A stretch of 64,000 nt of DNA, taken from positions 1,152,001 through 1,216,000 of the forward strand of contig CBDBZU010000004.1 in assembly GCA_965213625.1 (NCBI GenBank), written 5' to 3'. A model generated the notes under the pieces. That model had not been told where the DNA came from and searched no databases. It saw only the letters and a list, made by a program, of their open reading frames with translations. The stretch is from a bacterium. Lineage in GTDB: Bacteria > UBA8248. This document shows, piece by piece, positions 1 through 9,738 of the stretch (its first letter is position 1; the number at the start of each line of letters is the position of its first letter). The translations under genes were made by a program, and so were the position numbers.

Positions 1-2
1 CG

Positions 3-1358
3 GCGACCGTAGCCGAAGAAGATGTCATTTCTCTCATTCAGCGTGAACGCGCCGAGGATGACGACAGTTCGCAAAGCGCCGCCTTGCGCGAAGACCCCGA
101 GGCAATAGAAGACGCCGAGGAGCTTGATTTTCCTGTGGACGATGATGCGGGACAACTAGCTCCCGGGGCAGCGTTGCCGCCTGCCGCCTCGCATGAGGCT
201 CCGGCGAACTCGCCCTCGGAATTGATACGTGAACTGGTGGCGGATATTTGTCCGGAAGATCTGCTTCTGGCGGAAAACATACAGCAGAAACTTCCCGCCT
301 GGACGCCGGGTGTGGTGAAAGCCGCCGGTATCGATCTTGGCCAGCGCGAGAGGGCCCGGCAAACGCCCGCGGCCGAGGAATATCTGCGCCTGGCCATTCT
401 CGAAATATTTCTGGGGCATATCGAAGAAGCAACGGGCCATCTCAAGGAATCGCTGCGGCGCACGAGTCGACTCGCGCCCGTTCTCAACGCGCTGGCCGTA
501 GCTTCCTACCTGCGGGAAAAAGTAGAGCCCGCGATTTCCTACTCCCGCGAAGCTTTCCGCGAAGCGGGTCGGGACGTTCCGATACAGGCGGTGGTTTCCA
601 TGAACCTGGGGTATTTCTATCAGCATAAGGGCGATGTCGGGAAGGCGGCCGAATCCTACGAGAATGCGCTCTCCTATATCGGGCCGCAGGGGGAACTCCA
701 TCAACTCTCCACATTGCGCCTGCGGGTCGGTCGGTTGTTCCGTCGACTAGGGGATAAGGAAAAAGCCAGGGATCATCTTTCAGAAGCAGCGCATCTGTTT
801 CACAGGTCGGGAGATAGACGCGACGAGGCGCGGGCGCACACCGCGCTGGCCTCCGTCTTGACGGAGACGGGTGAGTACGAAGCGGCGGAGGTGAGTCTGG
901 ATGAGGCCCTCAACCTCTGCCAGAAAATCGGGGACAAGGCGGGTGAAGCCCTGGTGTACGGCCAGATGGGGGTGAGCTTTGCCGCGCAGGAACAGTTCAC
1001 GCGAGCGCTTCGGTATTACGAGAACGCTTTGCGCCTGAATCGCGGACTCGAAAACAGAAAAGGCGAGGCGGCGAACCTGAGCGGCATGGGGAACATTCAC
1101 TACGCGCGGGGCGATTTGCCCGAAGCGCGCGAAGCGTATGAAGCCGCTCTGGAGATCAACCGCGAACATGGGAGCGTCCTTGCTCAGGGAGTGGCGCTCG
1201 GGAGCCTGGGCCGGGTGCAATTTGAGGGAAGGGAATGGGAGGCCTCGCGTGAATGCTTAACGGAAGCGCACCGCATCTTTCAGGATATCGGCGCGTCGGA
1301 AGCGCTGGAGAGCGTCATGGAGATGCTCCGAGGGCTGGACAAGCTCACCGATGCGTGA
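3..1358 (+). CDS. Tetratricopeptide repeat (TPR) protein, 5'-truncated by the window edge
   Basis: Frame is open from position 3, upstream of the ORF-track start at 84. Acidic N-terminal linker, then repeated ~40-aa TPR units (e.g. EALVYGQMGVSFAAQEQFTRALRYYENAL, EAANLSGMGNIHYARGDLPEAREAYEAAL). Confidence 0.85.
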   Translation, partial: ATVAEEDVISLIQRERAEDDDSSQSAALREDPEAIEDAEELDFPVDDDAGQLAPGAALPPAASHEAPANSPSELIRELVADICPEDLLLAENIQQKLPAWTPGVVKAAGIDLGQRERARQTPAAEEYLRLAILEIFLGHIEEATGHLKESLRRTSRLAPVLNALAVASYLREKVEPAISYSREAFREAGRDVPIQAVVSMNLGYFYQHKGDVGKAAESYENALSYIGPQGELHQLSTLRLRVGRLFRRLGDKEKARDHLSEAAHLFHRSGDRRDEARAHTALASVLTETGEYEAAEVSLDEALNLCQKIGDKAGEALVYGQMGVSFAAQEQFTRALRYYENALRLNRGLENRKGEAANLSGMGNIHYARGDLPEAREAYEAALEINREHGSVLAQGVALGSLGRVQFEGREWEASRECLTEAHRIFQDIGASEALESVMEMLRGLDKLTDA

Positions 1359-1367
1359 TGACGGTAA

Positions 1368-2591
1368 TTAAGTCGATTCCTCGCCCAGCGCGTATTTCTC
1401 CAGCAGCCTGCCGTAGACGCGGGCTGCTTTCATTAGCGAATCGATATCGATGAATTCATCGGGCGTATGGGCTTGTTCGATGTTTCCGGGCCCCAAAAGA
1501 AAACAGTTTCGGCTTCCGGTCTGGGCCGCGGCCATCCCCGCGTCCGAATAATAGCTTACCCCCGAAGGCTCGGGTCTGGCTCCCAGGATTTCTTCTAAAG
1601 CCTTCATGATGAGTCTCGCCTCTGCGCTGTCGGTGTCCGCCGTCACGGGCGGGCGGTCCGCGATGGTGGCGCGCAGGGAGAATTCGACCCCGCTCACCCG
1701 GTTGCAAGCCTGGGCGGCTTTCTCGTGGATGATTTGCTGGATGTCGGCCGTCTGCAGGGGAGGGACGAAGCGCGCGTCTATCTGCAGCGCGCATTTTTCC
1801 GACACCACGTTGGTCTTGTGGCCTCCTTCGATGATGCTGGTAACCATGGTGCATCTTCCCAGCAGGGGGTCTTCGTAAGGGAGTTTCGCAACCGATTCCT
1901 GTAGCGCCACCACGGCGTGGGATGCGGCATGAATGGCGTCTGCGCCCATGTGAGGCGCCGCGGCGTGGGCGCTCTTTCCGCTGAAGATGAGTTCGAACCA
2001 CATGGCGCCTTTTTGCGCCGTAACCAGGGTGAGTTCGGTCGGCTCGCAGGAGATTACGATGTCATCCGCATTGATGTGTCCGTTTGCGATGGCCGCCTCT
2101 GTGCCGGTCATGCAGCCGCTTTCCTCATCCACCACCATGCAGCAGCGAACCGTGCCTTTGACTTTTGCACCGCCGTCGATTCGGCGCTTGAGATTCTCCA
2201 TAGCCGCGAGACTGGCGGCGATGCCGCCCTTCATGTCGCAGCTTCCGCGCCCCCAGATTTTCCCTTCTTCTTCGGCGGCGCGAAACGGCTCACGCGACCA
2301 TCCTTCACCCGCCGGCACGGTATCCATATGATTGAGAAAAACGAGTGCCGGGCCGCCGCTCGTGCCAGTGATTTCGGCGGTCACGTTATCGCGTCTCTCG
2401 GCGACGCGCTCGCGCGCCACCTCGAGACCGATGCCCCGGAAAAACGCCTCCATCCGGTCCGCCATCGCGAACTCGTCGCCCGTGGGGTTTTCGCTGCAGA
2501 TTGCGATCAATTCCTTGGTGAGTGAGACGGCTTGCGCCTCGATGGTCGCATCCACGTATTGCCTCCTGATGTTTGAAAGTCGCGAAAGCAT
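1368..2591 (-). CDS. M20 family metallopeptidase/deacylase (ArgE/DapE-like)
   Basis: Motifs NHMDTVP, GRGSCDMKGG, VDEE, CEPT, GKSAHAA and QAHTPDE. Start placed at ATG 2591 (MLSRLSNI) because the longer ORF overlaps anmK. Confidence 0.85.
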   Translation of the reverse strand: MLSRLSNIRRQYVDATIEAQAVSLTKELIAICSENPTGDEFAMADRMEAFFRGIGLEVARERVAERRDNVTAEITGTSGGPALVFLNHMDTVPAGEGWSREPFRAAEEEGKIWGRGSCDMKGGIAASLAAMENLKRRIDGGAKVKGTVRCCMVVDEESGCMTGTEAAIANGHINADDIVISCEPTELTLVTAQKGAMWFELIFSGKSAHAAAPHMGADAIHAASHAVVALQESVAKLPYEDPLLGRCTMVTSIIEGGHKTNVVSEKCALQIDARFVPPLQTADIQQIIHEKAAQACNRVSGVEFSLRATIADRPPVTADTDSAEARLIMKALEEILGARPEPSGVSYYSDAGMAAAQTGSRNCFLLGPGNIEQAHTPDEFIDIDSLMKAARVYGRLLEKYALGEEST

Positions 2592-2626
2592 GATGCCGCA
2601 TTCCGGGGGAATTGGGTATGGCCGCC

Positions 2627-3829
2627 TCAGTCGGTATCGTGGAAAAGCCTCATCAGGGAAGCGAAATTCCGCCCCGGCGTGATGTTCCCGAGGCATACGG
2701 CATCTTTTGCGCCTGTGACGCTCGGCAGGTTGTTCGCCCCTCCGGTGAGCGTGCCCCACGCCAGCAAGGCGAAACAGACGGCCTCGACGGCATCGGGAGA
2801 AACGCCTCGCGCATCGCTTACGACAAGGGGAAGGTCACCTAGGCTGCGCATGAGAGTCTTGTTGTGGACGCCGCCGCCGCCGACCACCACCTCGGCGAGC
2901 GGAGGGTCCTTTGGGAAGAAATCCCGAATCGCATCCTCGACGCACGAGGCGGAAAAGGCGGTGAGCGTGGCGATGGCATCTTTCAGATCACCTCCTCGCG
3001 AGGTCATGCGCTCGATGGTCTCATCCACGAACGCTTCGCCGAACAATTCCCTTCCCGTGCTTTTGGGTGGTTTTCTCTTGGGGTAGGGGTGTCGGCGTAA
3101 CTCGGCCAGGGTATCGGGGCATACGCGGCCCGCCGCCGCCAGGTCGCCGCCCGTGTCGTGGGTTTTCTCCCCTTTCGTGATCCGCTGGGCGAGAGCGTCT
3201 AGCGTCATGTTCGCCGGTCCGCAATCGAAGCCGAAGACACCCTCCTCTCCCAAAGGAGGGAGATAGGTGATGTTTGATATGCCGCCCAGGTTCAGGAAGG
3301 CGGAGGCGGCGTTTTCACGACTAAAGAGAATCCGGTGTGCCCAGGGAGTCAGGGGCGCGCCGGAACCACCCGCGGCGATATCTCCGGAACGAAAATCGCT
3401 GATGCATGTGATTCCCGTGCGCGCGACGATAAAAGCAGGGTCGCCTATCTGAAAAGTGGAGGGGAGCAGCGGCCCGCGCTCCCCCTCCATGCCCTCCGGC
3501 AGATGGCGCACCGTCTGGCCATGGCTTCCGATAAAATCTATTTTTTCAAGTTCGGTATTGGACTGTGACGCTACTTCGAGCGCGGCTGCGGCGAATGCCT
3601 CGCCCACCTCCCGGCGCAGGGAGCATAACTCGTCTGTGCGCGCGCCCTTCTCGCCTGCGGCGAGAAGCAGCCTCTCTCTTAGATTCCTCGGGTAGGGAGC
3701 AGCGTGAAATCCCAGGGTTTCGGCTTGGGTGTGCGCGCCCGGGAGAATCCGCACCAAGGCGGCGTCCACGCCATCGGCGGAGGTTCCCGACATGAGGCCG
3801 ATGGCCAGAAGGGGACGCGCGTTGTTCAT
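2627..3829 (-). CDS. anmK: Anhydro-N-acetylmuramic acid kinase
   Basis: IGLMSGTSADGVDAALV, IGSHGQTVRH, DFRSGDIAAGGSGAPL, LNLGGISNIT, FDCGPAN, PPKSTGRELF and EAVCFALLA are all AnmK signature blocks. Confidence 0.95.
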   Translation of the reverse strand: MNNARPLLAIGLMSGTSADGVDAALVRILPGAHTQAETLGFHAAPYPRNLRERLLLAAGEKGARTDELCSLRREVGEAFAAAALEVASQSNTELEKIDFIGSHGQTVRHLPEGMEGERGPLLPSTFQIGDPAFIVARTGITCISDFRSGDIAAGGSGAPLTPWAHRILFSRENAASAFLNLGGISNITYLPPLGEEGVFGFDCGPANMTLDALAQRITKGEKTHDTGGDLAAAGRVCPDTLAELRRHPYPKRKPPKSTGRELFGEAFVDETIERMTSRGGDLKDAIATLTAFSASCVEDAIRDFFPKDPPLAEVVVGGGGVHNKTLMRSLGDLPLVVSDARGVSPDAVEAVCFALLAWGTLTGGANNLPSVTGAKDAVCLGNITPGRNFASLMRLFHDTD

Positions 3830-6048
3830 GAGGGAGGTGTTCTCCCCCGTTTCGAGCGATTCGCCTCGCCGTAGATCCTTTTATATTCGTGGTAATAGCC
3901 CAACACTCTTTTGACGTAGTTTTTCGTTTCCTGGTAGGGGATCTCCTCGATGAAAATTTCTATCGGCTTGTAGCGTCCGGCCTTCCACCATCGCTTGACG
4001 GGTAAGCGGCCCGCGTTGTAGCTCGCTATCGCAGGAACGAGCGCGCCGCCAAACTCGCGGATGAGCGCGCCCAGATGCCTCGCGCCCAGACGAGTGTTGA
4101 TCTTCGGGTCGAAGAGGTCTCTCACGGACTTGATGCGGATTTTGTGTTTTCTCGCGAGCCTGCGCCCGGTCGCGGGCATAAGCTGCATCAGCCCCCGGGC
4201 GCCGGCGGGAGAGAGGGCGCGAGGGTCGAACGCGCTTTCCGCCCGGATGACGGCATTCACCAGGTATGGATTCGCCCCTCCGGGTTCTTTCCGCTTGACG
4301 ACGAGCGGATAGACGGTTTCCCAGAATTCCCTCGGCAGGTCGCTTCCGCCCGCGCGCACCGCATCCCAGAAGGATTTGTTGATCAGGTAAATCGCGCGAT
4401 GGCTCTGGCCTGCCGCAGTGAAGGCGCGCGCCGCATGGTAGCGCGAATAAGGAGAAGCGCCGAGGCGGCGGTACTCAATGGCGGCGAGTTCATGAAAACC
4501 CATGGAAGAGAGCAGCCTTGCCATCTCACGAACCGAAGCGCTTTTCGGCGGGGGCCGCAGCCACTTACGGAAGCCCGCTTCTCCCGAAGGTGGCGGCTTG
4601 TGCGCGTCCGGAACTCCCTCACGCGCGAGGCGAGCTATTGCGCGCAAGGCCAGTTGCCCATAATAGCGGTGGCGATGTTGCCGTGCGCAGGCGCGGTAAT
4701 GGGTGAGGGCGCTCTTTTTGTCACCCGTTTTTTCCGCCGAGACACCGGCCCAGTAAGTGGCGGAGGAGATCAGCCAGTGTTCTGGATGGGCGGTCCTCAT
4801 CCTCGAGAATCCCTTCTGCGCCCGGCTGTAGTCTTTCAACTGGAAGCGGAGCCAGGCGAGTTGGAACAGGGCCTTGGGCGCCAGAGGGGAGCGCGGGTGA
4901 TTGGAAATTACCTCTTTGTAATAGCGTGAGGACCTTTTGAAATCGCCGTCGTCCTCGTATACGCGTGCCAGGAGGTAGCGTGACTTAGCCGCCCATTTGC
5001 CTTTTCGCGTTTCTTTGAGCAGTCGTCGCGCCTGCTTCTCGAAGGCAGGCTGAATTCTTTTACGCAGGTGGTTTCTGGCAAGGAAATAACGCGCCTCCGC
5101 GCGTTGGGTGCTGCCGGCGGCGTAATGTCTGATAGCGTGTCTGAGGGCCGGGTCCGCCTGTTTCGTTTGGCGCAGGGAGAAGAGCGCGAGCGCTTCGTTG
5201 AGGACGATGCCCCTGTGATAGGGAGCCTTGGGAAACAGGCGCTTCAACTCCCGCAATCCTCTCAATGCCTTTTCGAAGCGATAGCGTTTTCTGAGGAGCC
5301 GGGCGCGTTCATAGTGGGCCTTGGGTCCCGGCTTCTTGAGCGGTGGGGAGAGGGCGGCCCCGATTCTAAGCGATTGCCTCAACGCACTTCGCGCGCTTGG
5401 GTGCTCTGGATGCCGTCGCCATAACTTCCGATATGCGAGCGCGGCTTGCCGGTTTCGCCGCGCGGAGCGGAGCGCCTTGGCGCGCCTGAGCAGAAAGTTG
5501 GGCGCCTCGTAGCTCTTCGGGAACAGGAGCAGGTAGCGCATGGCGAACTTCGCTGCGCTCAGGGGTCGCTTCTCTTCACCGTGGATGCGTATCAACTCCT
5601 CATAGACGAAAGGAGGCTCGGGTACTTTCTTTCCTTTCTTGACCAGTTTCTCGAGCGCGCGCCGGGCGATGGCGTTATCTTTCGCACCGATGGCGGCTTT
5701 GGCCAGAAACAAAAGCGAGTAATTCTCGAGCGCGGGAACCTGTTTGAGCGATTTCTGGAACGCCTTGATCGCCGGGCGAAACTGCTCGAGTTTCAAGTGG
5801 GCGTGTCCCAGCAGAAAAGCACGCCTGCCTCCCAAATCCGTTTTTTCCCAGCGAAGATTGCGTATGAGTTCCTTGTATCGTTCCTGCGCCAGGAGATTAT
5901 TTATCCGGGCGGACAGAGGTGGGTGTGCAGCTTTGTTTTTGAGCGGTGGTTTTGTATCGCGCACGGAGCGCTCTTTCGTCGCAGAGGAAGCGTTCGTCGG
6001 GAGCAGAAACATCCCGAGGAAGGCGATTATGCAGAGGCGATACTTCAC
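3826..6048 (-). CDS. slt: Soluble lytic murein transglycosylase (Slt70-like) with TPR superhelix
   Basis: N-terminal signal peptide, TPR-like repeats, and a C-terminal SLT domain with IRAESAF, ARGLMQLMP, SYNAG and IPYQETKNYVKRV. Confidence 0.9.
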   Translation of the reverse strand: MKYRLCIIAFLGMFLLPTNASSATKERSVRDTKPPLKNKAAHPPLSARINNLLAQERYKELIRNLRWEKTDLGGRRAFLLGHAHLKLEQFRPAIKAFQKSLKQVPALENYSLLFLAKAAIGAKDNAIARRALEKLVKKGKKVPEPPFVYEELIRIHGEEKRPLSAAKFAMRYLLLFPKSYEAPNFLLRRAKALRSARRNRQAALAYRKLWRRHPEHPSARSALRQSLRIGAALSPPLKKPGPKAHYERARLLRKRYRFEKALRGLRELKRLFPKAPYHRGIVLNEALALFSLRQTKQADPALRHAIRHYAAGSTQRAEARYFLARNHLRKRIQPAFEKQARRLLKETRKGKWAAKSRYLLARVYEDDGDFKRSSRYYKEVISNHPRSPLAPKALFQLAWLRFQLKDYSRAQKGFSRMRTAHPEHWLISSATYWAGVSAEKTGDKKSALTHYRACARQHRHRYYGQLALRAIARLAREGVPDAHKPPPSGEAGFRKWLRPPPKSASVREMARLLSSMGFHELAAIEYRRLGASPYSRYHAARAFTAAGQSHRAIYLINKSFWDAVRAGGSDLPREFWETVYPLVVKRKEPGGANPYLVNAVIRAESAFDPRALSPAGARGLMQLMPATGRRLARKHKIRIKSVRDLFDPKINTRLGARHLGALIREFGGALVPAIASYNAGRLPVKRWWKAGRYKPIEIFIEEIPYQETKNYVKRVLGYYHEYKRIYGEANRSKRGRTPPS

Positions 6049-6049
6049 G

Positions 6050-7255
6050 TTAGTTTTCCCCTCCGTGTTCTTCTTTTCCCCGACGCGCGAATTCGTCCAG
6101 AACGGCTAGGCGCGCTCCTTCATCGAGGAGAAAATCCGCGCCCGTCATCGCCAGCGCCTTGGCGCCTGTGAGCAGAACGCGCCTGCCCTCCGCTCCCCCC
6201 GACACTTCGGCGAACTCAGGCGTATGCGCGGAAACGCCTTGGGAAACCATCTGGATTTGCGGATGTATGGTGGGCGTCTGCTGGCTCACGTTTCCCACGT
6301 CCGAAGAACCCATCCGAAGGGGCGGCGGCGAGTCGGGCTCAAAAACGCCGAGTCGGTTCAGGTTTTTCAGGAACAATGACGCCAGTGGAGGGTTGACCCG
6401 CATGGGGGCGTAGGTGATGGGGTTTTTCTCCGTTTCCAGTTCCGCCCCCGTGGCCAGGGCCGCGCCCTCCGCGCAGGCGATGACCCGCGGCACCAGCGCA
6501 TCGAGCCCCTCCAACGTTTCGCTCCTCACGAAAAACCATGCGGAGGCTTTATCGGGGATGATGTTGGGCGCCTCCCCGCCATCGGTGATGACGCCGTGTA
6601 CGCGAACACCCGGGGGGAGCTGCTGCCGAAGCAGGGATATGGCGCCAAACGTGGCGATGAGAGCGTCGAGCGCATTGACGCCTTGCTCAGGCGCCGCGGA
6701 TGCGTGAGAGGCGCGTCCCTTGAAATGAAAGCGGAGTTCGCTTAGCGCGAGAAGATTAATATCTGCCCTGGTCTCGTCCGATGGGTGGATCATCATGGCG
6801 GCGTCCACTTCCCGAAACATGCCGGCTTGCGCCATCAGGACCTTGCCGCCTCCGCCTTCTTCTCCGGGCGTGCCGAAAACGGTGACGCTTCCGTATTCGG
6901 GGCTGAGCGCAGCTATGAGCGCAACGCCGGCGGCCACGCCGGCGACCCCGATGATGTTATGCCCGCAAGCGTGCCCGAGGCCGGGCAGCGCATCATATTC
7001 CGAGAGAAACGATACGGATGGCTTTTCTCCGTCCAGGGCGGGCCTGTCGGCGCGGAAGGCAGTGGGCAGGTTCGCTACGCCCCTGGTAAGTGCGAATCCG
7101 TTGTTCTCCAAATAGGCGCACAGGCGATCGGCCGAGCGGTGTTCTTCGAGGCTCAGTTCCGGGTCTGCGTGAATCGCGAGAGAAAGTGCCCACAGCGCAT
7201 CCGCCTCATCGTCGATCAGCTTCGATATGGCGGTCTTTGCCTCGTTAATATCCAC
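6050..7255 (-). CDS. M20 family amidohydrolase (Acy1-like/AbgB-like)
   Basis: IHADPELSLEE, SEYDALPGLGHACGHN, GTPGEEGGGGK, MMIHP, GSSDVGNVS and AHTPEF. Confidence 0.9.
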   Translation of the reverse strand: MDINEAKTAISKLIDDEADALWALSLAIHADPELSLEEHRSADRLCAYLENNGFALTRGVANLPTAFRADRPALDGEKPSVSFLSEYDALPGLGHACGHNIIGVAGVAAGVALIAALSPEYGSVTVFGTPGEEGGGGKVLMAQAGMFREVDAAMMIHPSDETRADINLLALSELRFHFKGRASHASAAPEQGVNALDALIATFGAISLLRQQLPPGVRVHGVITDGGEAPNIIPDKASAWFFVRSETLEGLDALVPRVIACAEGAALATGAELETEKNPITYAPMRVNPPLASLFLKNLNRLGVFEPDSPPPLRMGSSDVGNVSQQTPTIHPQIQMVSQGVSAHTPEFAEVSGGAEGRRVLLTGAKALAMTGADFLLDEGARLAVLDEFARRGKEEHGGEN

Positions 7256-7289
7256 TCAGGCTACCCCTCCAGGGGCGGGCGGGAGGTTC

Positions 7290-7319
7290 ATTATCACCAG
7301 CCTTTCGAGGAGATGTCAA
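7290..7319 (-). promoter_or_regulatory. Putative sigma70 promoter for the amidohydrolase-slt-anmK-M20 operon
   Basis: Minus strand reads TTGACA (7319-7314), N18, GATAAT (7295-7290), about 35 nt before the GTG start at 7255. Confidence 0.55.
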
Positions 7320-7355
7320 CGAATCGCATCGGCACGTTTCGATTGACGAGGACCG

Positions 7356-8162
7356 ATGAAAGGGGCGATACTGCAAACTCCGCCCAGAAGGAGAACAGAC
7401 TTGCTCCCGTTTTTGGCCGCGGCCGCGTTGCCGACGGGCGATTCCGCACCGATTGCATCGCTTCAAGAAGAAATGGATGTGATAAGCCTCGCCACCCAAT
7501 CGGGTGGCATGGTGTTTTTCGTTCTGCTGGTGCTCGTGTTTTTCTCGCTCTCTTCCTGGGCCATCATCATCTGGAAGTTCTGGGAGCTTCGGGGAGCGAG
7601 GCGGCGCTCGGCGATATTCGTCGATGCGTTTTGGCGCTCCAAGCGTCTCGACAGGCTGTTCGCGGAACTCGATCAGTACGAAAGTAGTCCGGTGGGCGAG
7701 GTGTTCGCCGCGGGCTATCAGGAAGCCGAGCAGGTGCTGAAAACGCGCGCTCGGGAGGGGGATGAGGATTCGGCTGTCCTCACCTCGGAAATGACGGGTG
7801 TGGAGAGCGTCGAGCGCGCGCTGAGGCGCGCAGCGAACGAGCAGGTGAGCAGGCTCGAGCGCATGCTGACCTTTCTGGCCACTACGGCGAGCGCCACGCC
7901 GTTCATCGGACTCTTCGGCACAGTCTGGGGCATCATGAATTCGTTTCGCGAGATTGGCGCTCGGGGCTCCGCCGGGCTCGCCGTCGTCGCGCCGGGCATC
8001 AGCGAGGCGCTTATCGCCACGGCGCTCGGGCTTTTGGCGGCCATTCCCGCCGTGATTGCCTACAATCACTATCAGGGCCGCGTGAAGGTGATCGCGGATG
8101 AAATCGAGAACTTTACGGCGGATTTCCTCAACCTGGTCGGCCGCCATTTCATGCGTTTATGA
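7356..8162 (+). CDS. tolQ: Tol-Pal system proton channel TolQ (MotA/TolQ/ExbB)
   Basis: LATTASATPFIGLFGTVWGIMNSF and VVAPGISEALIATALGLLAAIPAVIAYN. First gene of the tol cluster; the true start may be the downstream MDVISL. Confidence 0.93.
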   Translation: MKGAILQTPPRRRTDLLPFLAAAALPTGDSAPIASLQEEMDVISLATQSGGMVFFVLLVLVFFSLSSWAIIIWKFWELRGARRRSAIFVDAFWRSKRLDRLFAELDQYESSPVGEVFAAGYQEAEQVLKTRAREGDEDSAVLTSEMTGVESVERALRRAANEQVSRLERMLTFLATTASATPFIGLFGTVWGIMNSFREIGARGSAGLAVVAPGISEALIATALGLLAAIPAVIAYNHYQGRVKVIADEIENFTADFLNLVGRHFMRL

Positions 8163-8177
8163 CGCGGGGAGCTCACC

Positions 8178-8618
8178 TTGGCCGTTAAGCTGAACCGTGG
8201 TTCGAGCATCTCGGACATCAACGTCACCCCGCTCGTGGACGTGATGCTGGTGTTGCTGGTGATTTTCATGGTTACGGCGCCCCTGCTGGAGACGCAGAAC
8301 CAGGCCGTGAACGTGGATTTGCCGCAGGTGCAGGCGGCGAAGTCGAACGTGGCCGAGGATGCCGTCGTCATCACGTTGGACAAAAAACGCGACATGTATA
8401 TAAATGATAATCCGCTGGTCGCCTCCGAATTAAAGGAGAAACTCACGGTGCTCTTCAAGGACAGGAGGCGCAAGGAAATCTTTCTCAGGGCGGACCGCGT
8501 GGTTCCTTACGGCGAAGTGGTGAAGGTCATGGCCATCATTCGCGCGGCGGGCATCAACCGCCTCAATATGGTGACCGACCCCCTGGAATCCTCTCAGGGC
8601 GGGCGGCGCAGACGTTAA
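8178..8618 (+). CDS. tolR: Tol-Pal system protein TolR (ExbD/TolR)
   Basis: SDINVTPLVDVMLVLLVIFMVTAP and LRADRVVPYGEVVKVM. Confidence 0.93.
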   Translation: MAVKLNRGSSISDINVTPLVDVMLVLLVIFMVTAPLLETQNQAVNVDLPQVQAAKSNVAEDAVVITLDKKRDMYINDNPLVASELKEKLTVLFKDRRRKEIFLRADRVVPYGEVVKVMAIIRAAGINRLNMVTDPLESSQGGRRRR

Positions 8619-8632
8619 AAGTCAGTGGCCCC

Positions 8633-9694
8633 ATGAATGAACTACCCGAGTTCTCGCAAGATACCAATTCTTCCGGCGCACGTTCACGCCGCTCGGGCGC
8701 AGGCCTTCGGGGGGTGAACGGCAAGAGGGACGGGTTGCTCTGCGATCGACGGTTTCTCTGGGCGCTGGGGATTTCCGTTTTTCTGCATACTACATTATTC
8801 GCTTGGGTGAGCATGGCGCCCTCTCAGCCGCAATACCGGTTTTTCGGCAGCGGTACGGCCGTCAGCCTGGTGGGAGCGGATGAAATTCCGGGTGGTTCGG
8901 CTCTGGGAAAATCCGGCGATCGGCCAGAAGACATGGAAGCGCCCGCTCCAAAAAAAGGGCCGGACGAGGGGGCGAGGAAGATAGCGGCGCCCAAGAAAAA
9001 ACCCGCGCCCGCCAAGGTGAAGAAGAAAAAGGTCGTCAAGAAGAAAACTCCTTCCAAGGAAGTCCGGCGCATCAAGGCAAAGAAAGATAAAAGAAACAAA
9101 AAGATCGTTCGGAAAAAGAAAAAGCGCGACCCTGTGCGCGAAGCGCGACTCAAGCGGATACGAGAGCGCCGTGCGCGGGCCAGGCGTTGGCGCAATCGAT
9201 TCAAGAAAAACGAAAAAATCAATCCGGCTAAAGCGAAAAAACGCCCCCGCGATGATTGGAAGGGCGATGAGCGCCTGGCGAAAGCGGACGTAGCTCCCAA
9301 GCGCCGGGCGCCTTCAAAGGGATATGCCGGCGAGGGGGGAGGCGACGGCCAGGGCGGCGGCAGCCGAGGTGGCGGCGCAGGCGGCGTCGCGCGAACGGAC
9401 AAGGCAAGATATTATGGGCTTCTGGCGGAGCGAATTCGGGGTTTGTGGACGGTGCCGCCCGGCATCACCGATCTGAGCCGGCTCAAGACCATCGTCACGA
9501 TAGACATAAGCCGGGAAGGAAATTATCGCAATTTGCGAATCATGGAATACAGCGGGAGTCACGTTTACGATCAGGCGGCGCTGCGCGCCGTGGAGCGGGC
9601 CGTCAAGCCTTCCCCGCCCAGACCGCCCGATTCGATAAAGGAAAAATGGCTTTTGCTCGGTTTCCGGTTCTGTGGAAGTGGTTTTTGCCGTTGA
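8633..9694 (+). CDS. tolA: TolA/TonB-family energy transducer
   Basis: Transmembrane anchor with S-x3-H (ISVFLH), long low-complexity Lys/Arg linker, TonB_2-type C-terminal domain (SGSHVYDQAALRAV), located between tolR and tolB. Confidence 0.75.
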   Translation: MNELPEFSQDTNSSGARSRRSGAGLRGVNGKRDGLLCDRRFLWALGISVFLHTTLFAWVSMAPSQPQYRFFGSGTAVSLVGADEIPGGSALGKSGDRPEDMEAPAPKKGPDEGARKIAAPKKKPAPAKVKKKKVVKKKTPSKEVRRIKAKKDKRNKKIVRKKKKRDPVREARLKRIRERRARARRWRNRFKKNEKINPAKAKKRPRDDWKGDERLAKADVAPKRRAPSKGYAGEGGGDGQGGGSRGGGAGGVARTDKARYYGLLAERIRGLWTVPPGITDLSRLKTIVTIDISREGNYRNLRIMEYSGSHVYDQAALRAVERAVKPSPPRPPDSIKEKWLLLGFRFCGSGFCR

Positions 9695-9738
9695 TGCGAG
9701 AACAAATTCAAGTTGGATCAGACAAACGGGAGGTTCGT

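Noticed and set aside
9445-9738. 98-aa N-terminal extension of TolB in the ORF track
   Set aside because: Overlaps tolA; the signal peptide and a strong RBS mark ATG 9739 as the start.
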